Assembly (NCBI GenBank): GCA_002269645.1 | Contig: NIVC01003798.1 | Span: 1 to 64,000 of the forward strand | DNA from: Macrostomum lignano | Lineage: Eukaryota | Length of the DNA: 64,000 bases | Direction of reading: 5' to 3' | Part shown: positions 11,693 through 24,400 of the stretch, in pieces | How positions within the stretch are numbered: the stretch's first letter is position 1 | Layout of the letters: every line of letters begins with the position of its first letter | Position numbers and translations under genes: made by a program | The notes under the pieces: generated by a model | Told to the model about the DNA's origin: nothing | The model's database searches: none | Seen by the model: only the letters and a program-made list of their open reading frames with translations

Positions 11693-13000
11693 ATTCACTA
11701 GATGCGCTGTATAAAAATGAGTGCTATTTCTTTGATGGCTGCTCTGCAGCCACAGTGGGTTTTCTCAAAGTGAGTTGCAGGGTGCCGCTGGTCCTGGCCA
11801 CAGACAGCTGTGGCGGTGGGTATTCCGCGTATGGCAGATGGCTGCAGAGCAGCCAGCGGGTTTGAGGGTGTTAAAAGAGAACAAAGTCTGTAGCATTTGC
11901 TTTTTCGCAGTGGTCCTAGTGGTTGCCATTTTTTTAGTATTCTAGACATAAACTGACAATCAACTCAAACCGAAAAAATTTCATACTATAGAAGTACATT
12001 TTAGGTACATACCTACAATTAAAAGTATCTACAAACCGGAAAATCTATCATAGACATAAAGAATTTAGAATAGAAAATATTGGAGGTGTGGGAAGCCCCA
12101 CATTCTTCACCATAGATCAGCTTTATCAAGGATTCATCACTACTCGATTCATTACCTCGATCCTAACCTAAGCTCCTCAGCTTAAACACAGTTTGATTTG
12201 ATTTGCCTAATACAAAATGTCAAAAGAAGGACGCATCAATCAATAAATCTGCAGTGTAGAAGAACAGCAAATGATGGAACGGACAGGCCATCGGAGTCTG
12301 GTTGGAGTCGGACCTCGGACGTTCAAATCGCCAACCCATCGGCTGTTCTGGCTCCAAAATGCTACGCGAGGCGGAAAAAAGACTAAGCCGACGACCGCGG
12401 TGGTTGTCAATAACTACTCTGCCATTATTAACAATTGATTTTAAGTACGCTACATCATGTCTCCCTTAAAGTGAGACTGGAACAAACTAGATATTCGTTG
12501 ACTTTGCGTCGCCTTCAAACTCGTATTTACTTTTTCATGCATATTGGGCTTTAAAAAATATTTTATGTCTATGGTAAAAATACATCCCGACAAAGACCAT
12601 CGTAGGGGTTTAATGTAAATTTAGCTAGCCTTAGCTAGAGAATACAACTCATTCAAAGTAGTTTGTTTGTGTGCTCAGTTTGCAATTACTAGATTTATTT
12701 TGTTTTACTATTACTTTGGTCAAATTCTAGTCGATGAGTAACGTATGTAATTGATAATTACGGATAATCAATATTGATTTCTATAGCTTAGACACGCGCG
12801 GTTTGATAATTAAGAGAAGCCCGGGTCTGCTAATGTCAACTCCCCCCCCACGGGGCTTGAGCCTTCAGATTCGAACCTAACCCAAGTCGACACCCCTTCG
12901 GCTGGGCCAATCAGTGAGCGCCTGGCTTGATCGGTGCGGCTTTCTGCGGACCTGCGGCAGGACCAAGGCTCAAGCGAAGGACGAAAAATCTGAACTAGTA

Positions 13001-13915
13001 CGAGGTTTATTTAAAATGTCAGTGACCTCATATCTCAGCTTTGACTAGCCACTTTGACTTGATTTTTTACCACTTTGTATAGCAGCATGTTATGACTATA
13101 ATGAGTAAAAATCAGTAAAAATCACTGACACGTTTCAGCGCAAGCAGCCGTTCAAGTTTCGTCCTCTTCTATCGTTCTGCGTTCCAGCTTGACCATGAAT
13201 AGAGCTGATGCATTTGTGTGTGACATGGCCAAAGCAGGTTATGCAATGAAGGAAATCAAGGAGGCCCTGTACAAAGCCCACAAAGTCGGAGAGACAGATC
13301 TGCCGCCTAATTTGACAGGTGAAAGAGGGAGTTGGCACCAAAGGCCAGCGGAAGTTCAACCCGAAGAAGACCAAACGCTCGGTCAGACAATCACTCCTGT
13401 TCAGACAGCAGTGGAGTCGAGCCGTCGTGTGAAAATTGAGGAATTGGCAGCCGAATTCAGCTTCTCGTTGGACCTGTCAGCTATTTGATCCTCCTCAAAG
13501 ATTTTGACCTGGCAGAGCAGTAACGGTTTTCCATAGGGATAATGTCCGTCGATGATTAGGTCCGTTCAACAGAAAGCGTGAGGAATTTTCTGGAGAGATA
13601 CTTGATCCATTTACTTCCTCATCTGCTGTACTTGCCAGATTTGGCTCCCGGATACTTCTGGCTCTTTCGTAAAGCAAAACAAGAGTTATCTGTCATCCAG
13701 CTTGCTGACAACTCAGTCAGTAACGAGTTGGAACGGGTTATGCGAGGTCTCCCAGCAGAAGCCTTTGCCCTGGCCTTCAGGAAGTGGATAGATCCCTGCG
13801 AAAAGTGCATCGAACTCGAGGGAGACTATGTTGAAAAAGTGTGAAAATAGAATTGCGTACCTGCTCAGGAAGCTGAAATATAAGGTCACTGACATTTGCT
13901 TTTGAATACACCTCG
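13001..13915 (+). mobile_element. Mariner (Tc1/mariner) transposon, internally deleted and decayed
   Basis: TA flanks (12999-13000, 13916-13917) and imperfect TIRs CGAGGT..T.AAAA..TGTCAGTGACCT. Transposase remnants: an N-terminal HTH-like part (13189-13488) and C-terminal YLPDLAPGYFWLF...EKCIELEGDYVEK (13578-13844), matching YSPDLAPSD...EGDYVEK. The central DD region is missing. Confidence 0.93.
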
Positions 13916-14045
13916 TATAAGGACTGAGGACTGAGGAGATACATACTGTATTTCAGATTTACATGTATGTAAGATACATGTCAAATGCATGACGATTCCG
14001 GAGGTGTCCGGAGGTGTCAGGGGTTGTACCTGGAATCTCCAGTAG

Positions 14046-14255
14046 GTTCATTGTTACACGGACGGATCCATCAAAGACGGCTACGCCGGCTTCGAGGTCT
14101 GCATCATCATCAACGGCCGCGTCATTGCCACGCATGCCCAGAACACTGGCAGACTCTCCACGGTCTTCCAGAACGAAGTCCTTGCTATCAGCTCCTGCGC
14201 CGCAAAACTGAATGCTAAGGGTACGAGAGGAGAGACTATCGTCATCCACTCTGAG
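14046..14255 (+). pseudogene. RNase H fragment of a non-LTR retrotransposon
   Basis: Translates VHCYTDGSIKDGYAG...STVFQNEVLAI...TIVIHSE, matching the YTDGS / TVFQAE..AI / IHSDS pattern. No RT is adjacent. Confidence 0.8.
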
Positions 14256-14517
14256 GCAAATTCAAGGATACCGGAGGCAGATTAAAGGATACTGAAGGCA
14301 GATTCAAGGATACTGAAGGCAGATTCAAGGATACTGAAGGCAGATTCAAGGATACTGGAGGCAGATTCAAGGATACTGAAGGCAGATTCAAGGATACTGG
14401 AGGCAGATTCAAGGATACTGAAGGAAGATTCAAGGATACTGAAGGCAGATTCAAGGATACTGGAGGCAGATTCAAGGATACTGAAGGCACATTCAAGGAT
14501 CAAAGAGGCAGATTCAA
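14252..14517. repeat. 21-bp minisatellite (TGAAGGCAGATTCAAGGATAC)
   Basis: About 12 tandem units, starting at the end of the RNase H fragment. Confidence 0.95.
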
Positions 14518-15066
14518 TGCTAAGGGAGCAAAGGGATATGAGTTAAAAAGAGTAAAATTCCAAAAATTTTCAAGTTAAGAACTTCATGTCGGTTAATTGG
14601 CTCAATGGGGCCTTATATTTACTAAAAATGAAGTCATACAGGTTAAGCTGGCATTCTAGATTCTGGCGCCAAAAGCATAACTTTGATAAATTTGCTATCA
14701 GGTAACTAAATACGAAAAAGCTGAAGAGAGAAATATGTTATTAGAAAAAGCACTAATAAGCTTTTGTTATAAGTAGATGGGTGAAAAATATCAGGGCACA
14801 CGAGGGCGAATGTTAGACTTAATCATTTATAATCAAAATCACTCTATAGATTAGCAGGTTAAAAACTTTTGGTCGGGTAGCCAACATTTTTATCTAGTCA
14901 ATATTCAAAATAAAAACAGTGCAGCTGCTAAAAATACAATTCTGTTTACTTCTTCGTTGGCTACTGATATTGTCGCAGGCCCTGTTTCATAGATTCTACA
15001 GTTTTTATCAATTTCGGGAATACTTTATTCAATTAACGATTTTGTCATTTAACTTTTTGGTAAAAG

Positions 15067-15322
15067 CTTGTCACTTGTGAGGGCTTGTCATTTGTCAAGG
15101 CTTGTCATTTGTCAGGGCTTGTCACTTGTCAGGGCTTGTCACTTGTCAGGGCTTGTCACTTGTCAGGGCTTGTCACTTGTCAGGGCTTGTCACTTGTCAG
15201 GGCTTGTCACTTGTCAGGGCTTGTCAGTTGTCAGGGCTTGTCACTTGTCAGGGCTTGTCAGTTGTCAGGGCTTGTCAGTTGTCAGGGCTTGTCACTTGTC
15301 AGGGCTTGTCACTTGTAGGGCT
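15067..15322. repeat. 17-bp minisatellite (GGGCTTGTCACTTGTCA)
   Basis: About 15 tandem units. Confidence 0.96.
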
Positions 15323-15498
15323 TAAAATATTCAATTTTAACCTAACTGTTTCATCTCTAGCAGCACTGCGGCAGAAAAGAAATATTAGTGCAGACAGATA
15401 AGCGTTCAAGATTATCGGGTTACCAGATATTCGATCCAAGTGCTGAATAAAGCTACAAAAATATAATACAATGTTCGCAAATGATTGATCATATCGAA

Positions 15499-18400
15499 TT
15501 AGTCAAATCCTTCGAAAACACCATCGTCGCTGCGCAAATCCAGCTGTGAACCACGCGGAGTCCGGCTCCAGGTCAACCTGGCCGTAATTGGCACACCCAG
15601 CTGGGCCCGAGCACTGCTGACGGAGTCAGTCGATCCCAATGCGGTTCGTTCGCGTCTTGTTACACCCAGCTGGGCCCGGGCACTGCTGACGGAGTCGGTC
15701 GATTCCAATGCAGTTCCTTCGCGCCTTGTTACACCCAGCTGGGCCCAAGCACTGCTGACGGAGTCAGTCGGTCCCAATGCGGTTCCTTCGCGCCTTGTTA
15801 CACCCAGCTGGGTCCAAGCACTGCTGACGGAGTCAGTCGGTCCCAATGCGGTTCGTTCATGCCTTGTTACACCCAGCTGGGCCCGGGCACTGCTGACGGA
15901 GTCGGTCGATTCCAATGCAGTTCCTTCGCGCCTTGTTACACCCAGCTGGGCCCGGGCACTGCTGACGGAGTCGGTCGATTCCAATGCAGCTCCTTCGCGC
16001 CTTGTTACACCCAGCTGGGTCCGAGCACTGCTGACGGAGTCGGTCGATTCCAATGCAGTTCCTTCGCGCCTTGTTACACCCAGCTGGGTCCGAGCACTGC
16101 TGACGGAGTCGGTCGATTCCAATTCAGTTCCTTCGCGCCTTGTTACACCCAGCTGGGTCCGAGCACTGCTGACGGAGTCAGTCGATCCCAATGCGCTTCG
16201 TTCGCGTCTTGTTACGCTGGCTTCTAGACGGGCGTGCGGCGCTGACACAGTCTCCGGCTTAACTGACACTAAAATACTGTTTAACTGCACCTCGTAGCAA
16301 CAGCCGCTACTCGAAACGAACGAAGCCGACTCATTTGGGACAATTGAGGCGTCGAATTTCAGTATGGCGGCGCGAAACTCCTTGGACTCCTCGATGCAGG
16401 CATGGGTGCTGCAAATTTCCTTAGCGGCAAAACTCTCCCAGTGGCTTCCAGAAGATCTTATCAAAACCTGATCCTGCTTTCTTACGCTAGCACTTCCGGT
16501 TTCGAACAACCATAACGATCCGCTGTTCTTTGAGAGCACTCTATAGTTAGCCTTAACAATGGCTTCATCAGTGATAGCTCGGACAGAAACATAACTATCC
16601 CGAACAGGGACCTCTAAAGCCGCTTCGCAAAATCCAAATTCGTTGCTATTACAACAGCGAATACCAGCGTCGGAGGTAAAGGATTCTTTGTGACAACCCG
16701 TGGCACGCAGCTCAGGAAGAGCCTTAACAAAAGATTCCACGTATTTCCTTCCAAAAACACACGAGCCTTCAACCGATTCAAAACAAAGCGAACCTTCAAA
16801 TGACACAACTTTTGGTATGTAACAAGCCTTAATTCCATTTCCAATCATAACCACTTTCTTCGACATATCGACACACACCGAAGAATTCTTAGCTTTAACT
16901 TCTGCTCGAGCCGAGCTATGCTCGAAGGAGAACTCAAGCGAGCTGGCGCACGCTTCCAGTTTCGGCTCGTCCTTGTATCTCATGCCGCCGTCGGCTGTGA
17001 GCACTTCGTCGAACGCTCCCATGGCTCCGACTGGCTGATTGACTTGTACAGAAGCCTCTTTGACGATGGACGCAGCTCGAGCCGAGCCATGCTCGAAGGA
17101 GAACTCGAGCGAGCTGGCGCACGCTTCCAGTTTCGGCTCGTCCTTGTATCTCATGCCGCCGTCGGCTGTGAGCACTTCGTCGAACGCTCCCATGGCTCCG
17201 ACTGGCTGATTGACTTGTACAGAAGCCTCTTTGACGACGGACGCTGCTCGAGCCGAGCCATGCTCGAAGGAGAACTCGAGCGAGCTGGCGCACGCTTCCA
17301 GTTTCGGCTCGTCCTTGTATCTCATGCCCCCGTCGGCCGTAAGGATTTGCTCACAAGAGCCCATTTCAGAAACGGCCTGCTTTACTTGTATGCCAGCGGC
17401 TTCGTACTCGAGCTCAAGCGAGCTGGCGCATGCTTCCAGTTTCGGCTCGTCCTTGTATCTCATGCCGCCGTCGGCTGTGAGCACTTCGTCGAACGCTCCC
17501 ATGGCTCCGACTGGCTGATTGACTTGTACAGAAGCCTCTTTGACGATGGACGCAGCTCGAGCCGAGCCATGCTCGAAGGAGAACTCGAGCGAGCTGGCGC
17601 ACGCTTCCAGTTTCGGCTCGTCCTTGTATCTCATGCCCCCGTCGGCCGTAAGGATTTGCTCACAAGAGCCCATTTCAGAAACGGCCTGCTTTACTTGTAT
17701 GCCAGCGGCTTCGTACTCGAGCTCAAGCGAGCTGGCGCATGCTTCCAGTTTCGGCTCGTCCTTGTATCTCATGCCGCCGTCGGCTGTGAGCACTTCGTCG
17801 AACGCTCCCATGGCTCCGACTGGCTGATTGACTTGTACAGAAGCCTCTTTGACGATGGACGCAGCTCGAGCCGAGCCATGCTCGAAGGAGAACTCGAGCG
17901 AGCTGGCGCACGCTTCCAGTTTCGGCTCGTCCTTGTATCTCATGCCGCCGTCGGCTGTGAGCACTTCGTCGAACGCTCCCATGGCTCCGACTGGCTGATT
18001 GACTTGTACAGAAGCCTCTTTGACGACGGACGCTGCTCGAGCCGAGCCATGCTCGAAGGAGAACTCGAGCGAGCTGGCGCACGCTTCCAGTTTCGGCTCG
18101 TCCTTGTATCTCATGCCCCCGTCGGCCGTAAGGATTTGCTCACAAGAGCCCATTTCAGAAACGGCCTGCTTTACTTGTATGCCAGCGGCTTCGTACTCGA
18201 GCTCAAGCGAGCTGGCGCATGCTTCCAGTTTCGGCTCGTCCTTGTATCTCATGCCGCCGTCGGCTGTGAGCACTTCGTCGAACGCTCCCATGGCTCCGAC
18301 TGGCTGATTGACTTGTACAGAAGCCTCTTTGACGACGGACGCTGCTCGAGCCGAGCCATGCTCGAAGGAGAACTCGAGCGAGCTGGCGCACGCTTCCAGT

Positions 18401-21400
18401 TTCGGCTCGTCCTTGTATCTCATGCCGCCGTCGGCTGTGAGCACTTCGTCGAACGCTCCCATGGCTCCGACTGGCTGATTGACTTGTACAGAAGCCTCTT
18501 TGACGACGGACGCTGCTCGAGCCGAGCCATGCTCGAAGGAGAACTCGAGCGAGCTGGCGCACGCTTCCAGTTTCGGCTCGTCCTTGTATCTCATGCCCCC
18601 GTCGGCCGTAAGGATTTGCTCACAAGAGCCCATTTCAGAAACGGCCTGCTTTACTTGTATGCCAGCGGCTTCGTACTCGAGCTCAAGCGAGCTGGCGCAT
18701 GCTTCCAGTTTCGGCTCGTCCTTGTATCTCATGCCGCCGTCGGCTGTGAGCACTTCGTCGAACGCTCCCATGGCTCCGACTGGCTGATTGACTTGTACAG
18801 AAGCCTCTTTGACGACGGACGCTGCTCGAGCCGAGCCATGCTCGAAGGAGAACTCGAGCGAGCTGGCGCACGCTTCCAGTTTCGGCTCGTCCTTGTATCT
18901 CATGCCGCCGTCGGCTGTGAGCACTTCGTCGAACGCTCCCATGGCTCCGACTGGCTGATTGACTTGTACAGAAGCCTCTTTGACGACGGACGCTGCTCGA
19001 GCCGAGCCATGCTCGAAGGAGAACTCGAGCGAGCTGGCGCACGCTTCCAGTTTCGGCTCGTCCTTGTATCTCATGCCCCGTCGGCCGTAAGGATTTGCTC
19101 ACAAGAGCCCATTTCAGAAACGGCCTGCTTTACTTGTATGCCAGCGGCTTCGTACTCGAGCTCAAGCGAGCTGGCGCATGCTTCCAGTTTCGGCTCGTCC
19201 TTGTATCTCATGCCGCCGTCGGCTGTGAGCACTTCGTCGAACGCTCCCATGGCTCCGACTGGCTGATTGACTTGTACAGAAGCCTCTTTGACGATGGACG
19301 CAGCTCGAGCCGAGCCATGCTCGAAGGAGAACTCGAGCGAGCTGGCGCACGCTTCCAGTTTCGGCTCGTCCTTGTATCTCATGCCGCCGTCGGCTGTGAG
19401 CACTTCGTCGAACGCTCCCATGGCTCCGACTGGCTGATTGACTTGTACAGAAGCCTCTTTGACGACGGACGCTGCTCGAGCCGAGCCATGCTCGAAGGAG
19501 AACTCGAGCGAGCTGGCGCACGCTTCCAGTTTCGGCTCGTCCTTGTATCTCATGCCCCCGTCGGCCGTAAGGATTTGCTCACAAGAGCCCATTTCAGAAA
19601 CGGCCTGCTTTACTTGTATGCCAGCGGCTTCGTACTCGAGCTCAAGTGAGCTGGCGCATGCTTCCAGTTTCGGCTCGTCCTTGTATCTCATGCCGCCGTC
19701 GGCTGTGAGCACTTCGTCGAACGCTCCCATGGCTCCGACTGGCTGATTGACTTGTACAGAAGCCTCTTTGACGACGGACGCTGCTCGAGCCGAGCCATGC
19801 TCGAAGGAGAACTCGAGCGAGCTGGCGCACGCTTCCAGTTTCGGCTCGTCCTTGTATCTCATGCCCCCGTCGGCCGTAAGGATTTGCTCACAAGAGCCCA
19901 TTTCAGAAACGGCCTGCTTTACTTGTATGCCAGCGGCTTCGTACTCGAGCTCAAGCGAGCTGGCGCATGCTTCCAGTTTCGGCTCGTCCTTGTATCTCAT
20001 GCCGCCGTCGGCTGTGAGCACTTCGTCGAACGCTCCCATGGCTCCGACTGGCTGATTGACTTGTACAGAAGCCTCTTTGACGACGGACGCTGCTCGAGCC
20101 GAGCCATGCTCGAAGGAGAACTCGAGCGAGCTGGCGCACGCTTCCAGTTTCGGCTCGTCCTTGTATCTCATGCCCCCGTCGGCCGTAAGGATTTGCTCAC
20201 AAGAGCCCATTTCAGAAACGGCCTGCTTTACTTGTATGCCAGCGGCTTCGTACTCGAGCTCAAGTGAGCTGGCGCATGCTTCCAGTTTCGGCTCGTCCTT
20301 GTATCTCATGCCGCCGTCGGCTGTGAGCACTTCGTCGAACGCTCCCATGGCTCCGACTGGCTGATTGACTTGTACAGAAGCCTCTTTGACGACGGACGCT
20401 GCTCGAGCCGAGCCATGCTCGAAGGAGAACTCGAGCGAGCTGGCGCACGCTTCCAGTTTCGGCTCGTCCTTGTATCTCATGCCCCCGTCGGCCGTAAGGA
20501 TTTGCTCACAAGAGCCCATTTCAGAAACGGCCTGCTTTACTTGTATGCCAGCGGCTTCGTACTCGAGCTCAAGCGAGCTGGCGCATGCTTCCAGTTTCGG
20601 CTCGTCCTTGTATCTCATGCCGCCGTCGGCTGTGAGCACTTCGTCGAACGCTCCCATGGCTCCGACTGGCTGATTGACTTGTACAGAAGCCTCTTTGACG
20701 ATGGACGCAGCTCGAGCCGAGCCATGCTCGAAGGAGAACTCGAGCGAGCTGGCGCACGCTTCCAGTTTCGGCTCGTCCTTGTATCTCATGCCGCCGTCGG
20801 CTGTGAGCACTTCGTCGAACGCTCCATGGCTCCGACTGGCTGATTGACTTGTACAGAAGCCTCTTTGACGACGGACGCTGCTCGAGCCGAGCCATGCTCG
20901 AAGGAGAACTCGAGCGAGCTGGCGCACGCTTCCAGTTTCGGCTCGTCCTTGTATCTCATGCCGCCGTCGGCTGTGAGCACTTCGTCGAACGCTCCCATGG
21001 CTCCGACTGGCTGATTGACTTGTACAGAAGCCTCTTTGACGACGGACGCTGCTCGAGCCGAGCCATGCTCGAAGGAGAACTCGAGCGAGCTGGCGCACGC
21101 TTCCAGTTTCGGCTCGTCCTTGTATCTCATGCCCCCGTCGGCCGTAAGGATTTGCTCACAAGAGCCCATTTCAGAAACGGCCTGCTTTACTTGTATGCCA
21201 GCGGCTTCGTACTCGAGCTCAAGTGAGCTGGCGCATGCTTCCAGTTTCGGCTCGTCCTTGTATCTCATGCCGCCGTCGGCTGTGAGCACTTCGTCGAACG
21301 CTCCCATGGCTCCGACTGGCTGATTGACTTGTACAGAAGCCTCTTTGACGACGGACGCTGCTCGAGCCGAGCCATGCTCGAAGGAGAACTCGAGCGAGCT

Positions 21401-24400
21401 GGCGCACGCTTCCAGTTTCGGCTCGTCCTTGTATCTCATGCCCCCGTCGGCCGTAAGGATTTGCTCACAAGAGCCCATTTCAGAAACGGCCTGCTTTACT
21501 TGTATGCCAGCGGCTTCGTACTCGAGCTCAAGCGAGCTGGCGCATGCTTCCAGTTTCGGCTCGTCCTTGTATCTCATGCCGCCGTCGGCTGTGAGCACTT
21601 CGTCGAACGCTCCCATGGCTCCGACTGGCTGATTGACTTGTACAGAAGCCTCTTTGACGATGGACGCAGCTCGAGCCGAGCCATGCTCGAAGGAGAACTC
21701 GAGCGAGCTGGCGCACGCTTCCAGTTTCGGCTCGTCCTTGTATCTCATGCCGCCGTCGGCTGTGAGCACTTCGTCGAACGCTCCCATGGCTCCGACTGGC
21801 TGATTGACTTGTACAGAAGCCTCTTTGACGACGGACGCTGCTCGAGCCGAGCCATGCTCGAAGGAGAACTCGAGCGAGCTGGCGCACGCTTCCAGTTTCG
21901 GCTCGTCCTTGTATCTCATGCCGCCGTCGGCTGTGAGCACTTCGTCGAACGCTCCCATGGCTCCGACTGGCTGATGGACTTGTACAGAAGCCTCTTTGAC
22001 GATGGACGCAGCTCGAGCCGAGCCATGCTCGAAGGAGAACTCGAGCGAGCTGGCGCACGCTTTCAGTTTCGGCTCGTCCTTGTATCTCATGCCGCCGTCG
22101 GCTGTGAGCACTTCGTCGAACGCTCCATGGCTCCGACTGGCTGATTGACTTGTACAGAAGCCTCTTTGACGATGGACGCAGCTCGAGCCGAGCCATGCTC
22201 GAAGGAGAACTCGAGCGAGCTGGCGCACGCTTCCAGTTTCGGCTCGTCCTTGTATCTCATGCCGCCGTCGGCTGTGAGCACTTCGTCGAACGCTCCCATG
22301 GCTCCGACTGGCTGATTGACTTGTACAGAAGCCTCTTTGACGACGGACGCTGCTCGAGCCGAGCCATGCTCGAAGGAGAACTCGAGCGAGCTGGCGCACG
22401 CTTCCAGTTTCGGCTCGTCCTTGTATCTCATGCCCCCGTCGGCCGTAAGGATTTGCTCACAAGAGCCCATTTCAGAAACGGCCTGCTTTACTTGTATGCC
22501 AGCGGCTTCGTACTCGAGCTCAAGCGAGCTGGCGCATGCTTCCAGTTTCGGCTCGTCCTTGTATCTCATGCCGCCGTCGGCTGTGAGCACTTCGTCGAAC
22601 GCTCCCATGGCTCCGACTGGCTGATTGACTTGTACAGAAGCCTCTTTGACGACGGACGCTGCTCGAGCCGAGCCATGCTCGAAGGAGAACTCGAGCGAGC
22701 TGGCGCACGCTTCCAGTTTCGGCTCGTCCTTGTATCTCATGCCCCCGTCGGCCGTAAGGATTTGCTCACAAGAGCCCATTTCAGAAACGGCCTGCTTTAC
22801 TTGTATGCCAGCGGCTTCGTACTCGAGCTCAAGCGAGCTGGCGCATGCTTCCAGTTTCGGCTCGTCCTTGTATCTCATGCCGCCGTCGGCTGTGAGCACT
22901 TCGTCGAACGCTCCCATGGCTCCGACTGGCTGATTGACTTGTACAGAAGCCTCTTTGACGACGGACGCTGCTCGAGCCGAGCCATGCTCGAAGGAGAACT
23001 CGAGCGAGCTGGCGCACGCTTCCAGTTTCGGCTCGTCCTTGTATCTCATGCCCCCGTCGGCCGTAAGGATTTGCTCACAAGAGCCCATTTCAGAAACGGC
23101 CTGCTTTACTTGTATGCCAGCGGCTTCGTACTCGAGCTCAAGCGAGCTGGCGCATGCTTCCAGTTTCGGCTCGTCCTTGTATCTCATGCCGCCGTCGGCT
23201 GTGAGCACTTCGTCGAACGCTCCCATGGCTCCGACTGGCTGATTGACTTGTACAGAAGCCTCTTTGACGACGGACGCTGCTCGAGCCGAGCCATGCTCGA
23301 AGGAGAACTCGAGCGAGCTGGCGCACGCTTCCAGTTTCGGCTCGTCCTTGTATCTCATGCCGCCGTCGGCTGTGAGCACTTCGTCGAATGCTCCCATGGC
23401 TCCGACTGGCTGATTGACTTGTACAGAAGCCTCTTTGACGACGGACGCTGCTCGAGCCGAGCCATGCTCGAAGGAGAACTCGAGCGAGCTGGCGCACGCT
23501 TCCAGTTTCGGCTCGTCCTTGTATCTCATGCCGCCGTCGGCTGTGAGCACTTCGTCGAACGCTCCCATGGCTCCGACTGGCTGATTGACTTGTACAGAAG
23601 CCTCTTTGACGATGGACGCAGCTCGAGCCGAGCCATGCTCGAAGGAGAACTCGAGCGAGCTGGCGCACGCTTCCAGTTTCGGCTCGTCCTTGTATCTCAT
23701 GCCCCCGTCGGCCGTAAGGGTTTGCTCACAAGAGCCCATTTCAGAAACGGCCTGCTTTACTTGTATGCCAGCGGCTTCGTACTCGAGCTCAAGCGAGCTG
23801 GCGCATGCTTCCAGTTTCGGCTCGTCCTTGTATCTCATGCCGCCGTCGGCTGTGAGCACTTTGTCGATCGCTCCCATGGCTCCGACTGGCTGATTGACTT
23901 GTACAGAAGCCTCTTTGACGACGGACGCTGCTCGAGCCGAGCCATGCTCGAAGGAGAACTCGAGCGAGCTGGCGCACGCTTCCAGTTTCGGCTCGTCCTT
24001 GTATCTCATGCCGCCGTCGGCTGTGAGCACTTCGTCGAACGCTCCCATGGCTCCGACTGGCTGATGGACTTGTACAGAAGCCTCTTTGACGATGGACGCA
24101 GCTCGAGCCGAGCCATGCTCGAAGGAGAACTCGAGCGAGCTGGCGCACGCTTTCAGTTTCGGCTCGTCCTTGTATCTCATGCCCCCGTCGGCCGTAAGGA
24201 TTTGCTCACAAGAGCCCATTTCAGAAACGGCCTGCTTTACTTGTATGCCAGCGGCTTCGTACTCGAGCTCAAGCGAGCTGGTGTTTTCGTGAGACTGTGT
24301 TTCAAGGAAAGTTCCTGCTTCCGACAACTTTGGTTGCATTCTGATACTGATTGAACCTTCTTTTAGGGAGACTTCATGGCTTACGCTGGAGTCGCTTACG

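Noticed and set aside
16540-16572. Hammerhead-like CTGATGA followed by an AGCC/GGCT stem on the minus strand; similar CTGATGA hits near 9918 and 40320
   Set aside because: The required GAAA after stem II is absent, or (9918) stem II cannot pair. The 16.5-kb hit is ordinary coding sequence (TDEAIVKAN).
16918-24354. Long plus-strand ORFs (782, 734 and 271 aa) antisense to the repeat array
   Set aside because: Shadow ORFs. Variant units with CAAGTGAG (for example ~19646, 20264, 21223) create TGA on the plus strand but are synonymous (TCG to TCA, Ser) on the minus strand. Only the minus frame has a splice acceptor and unique flanking coding sequence.
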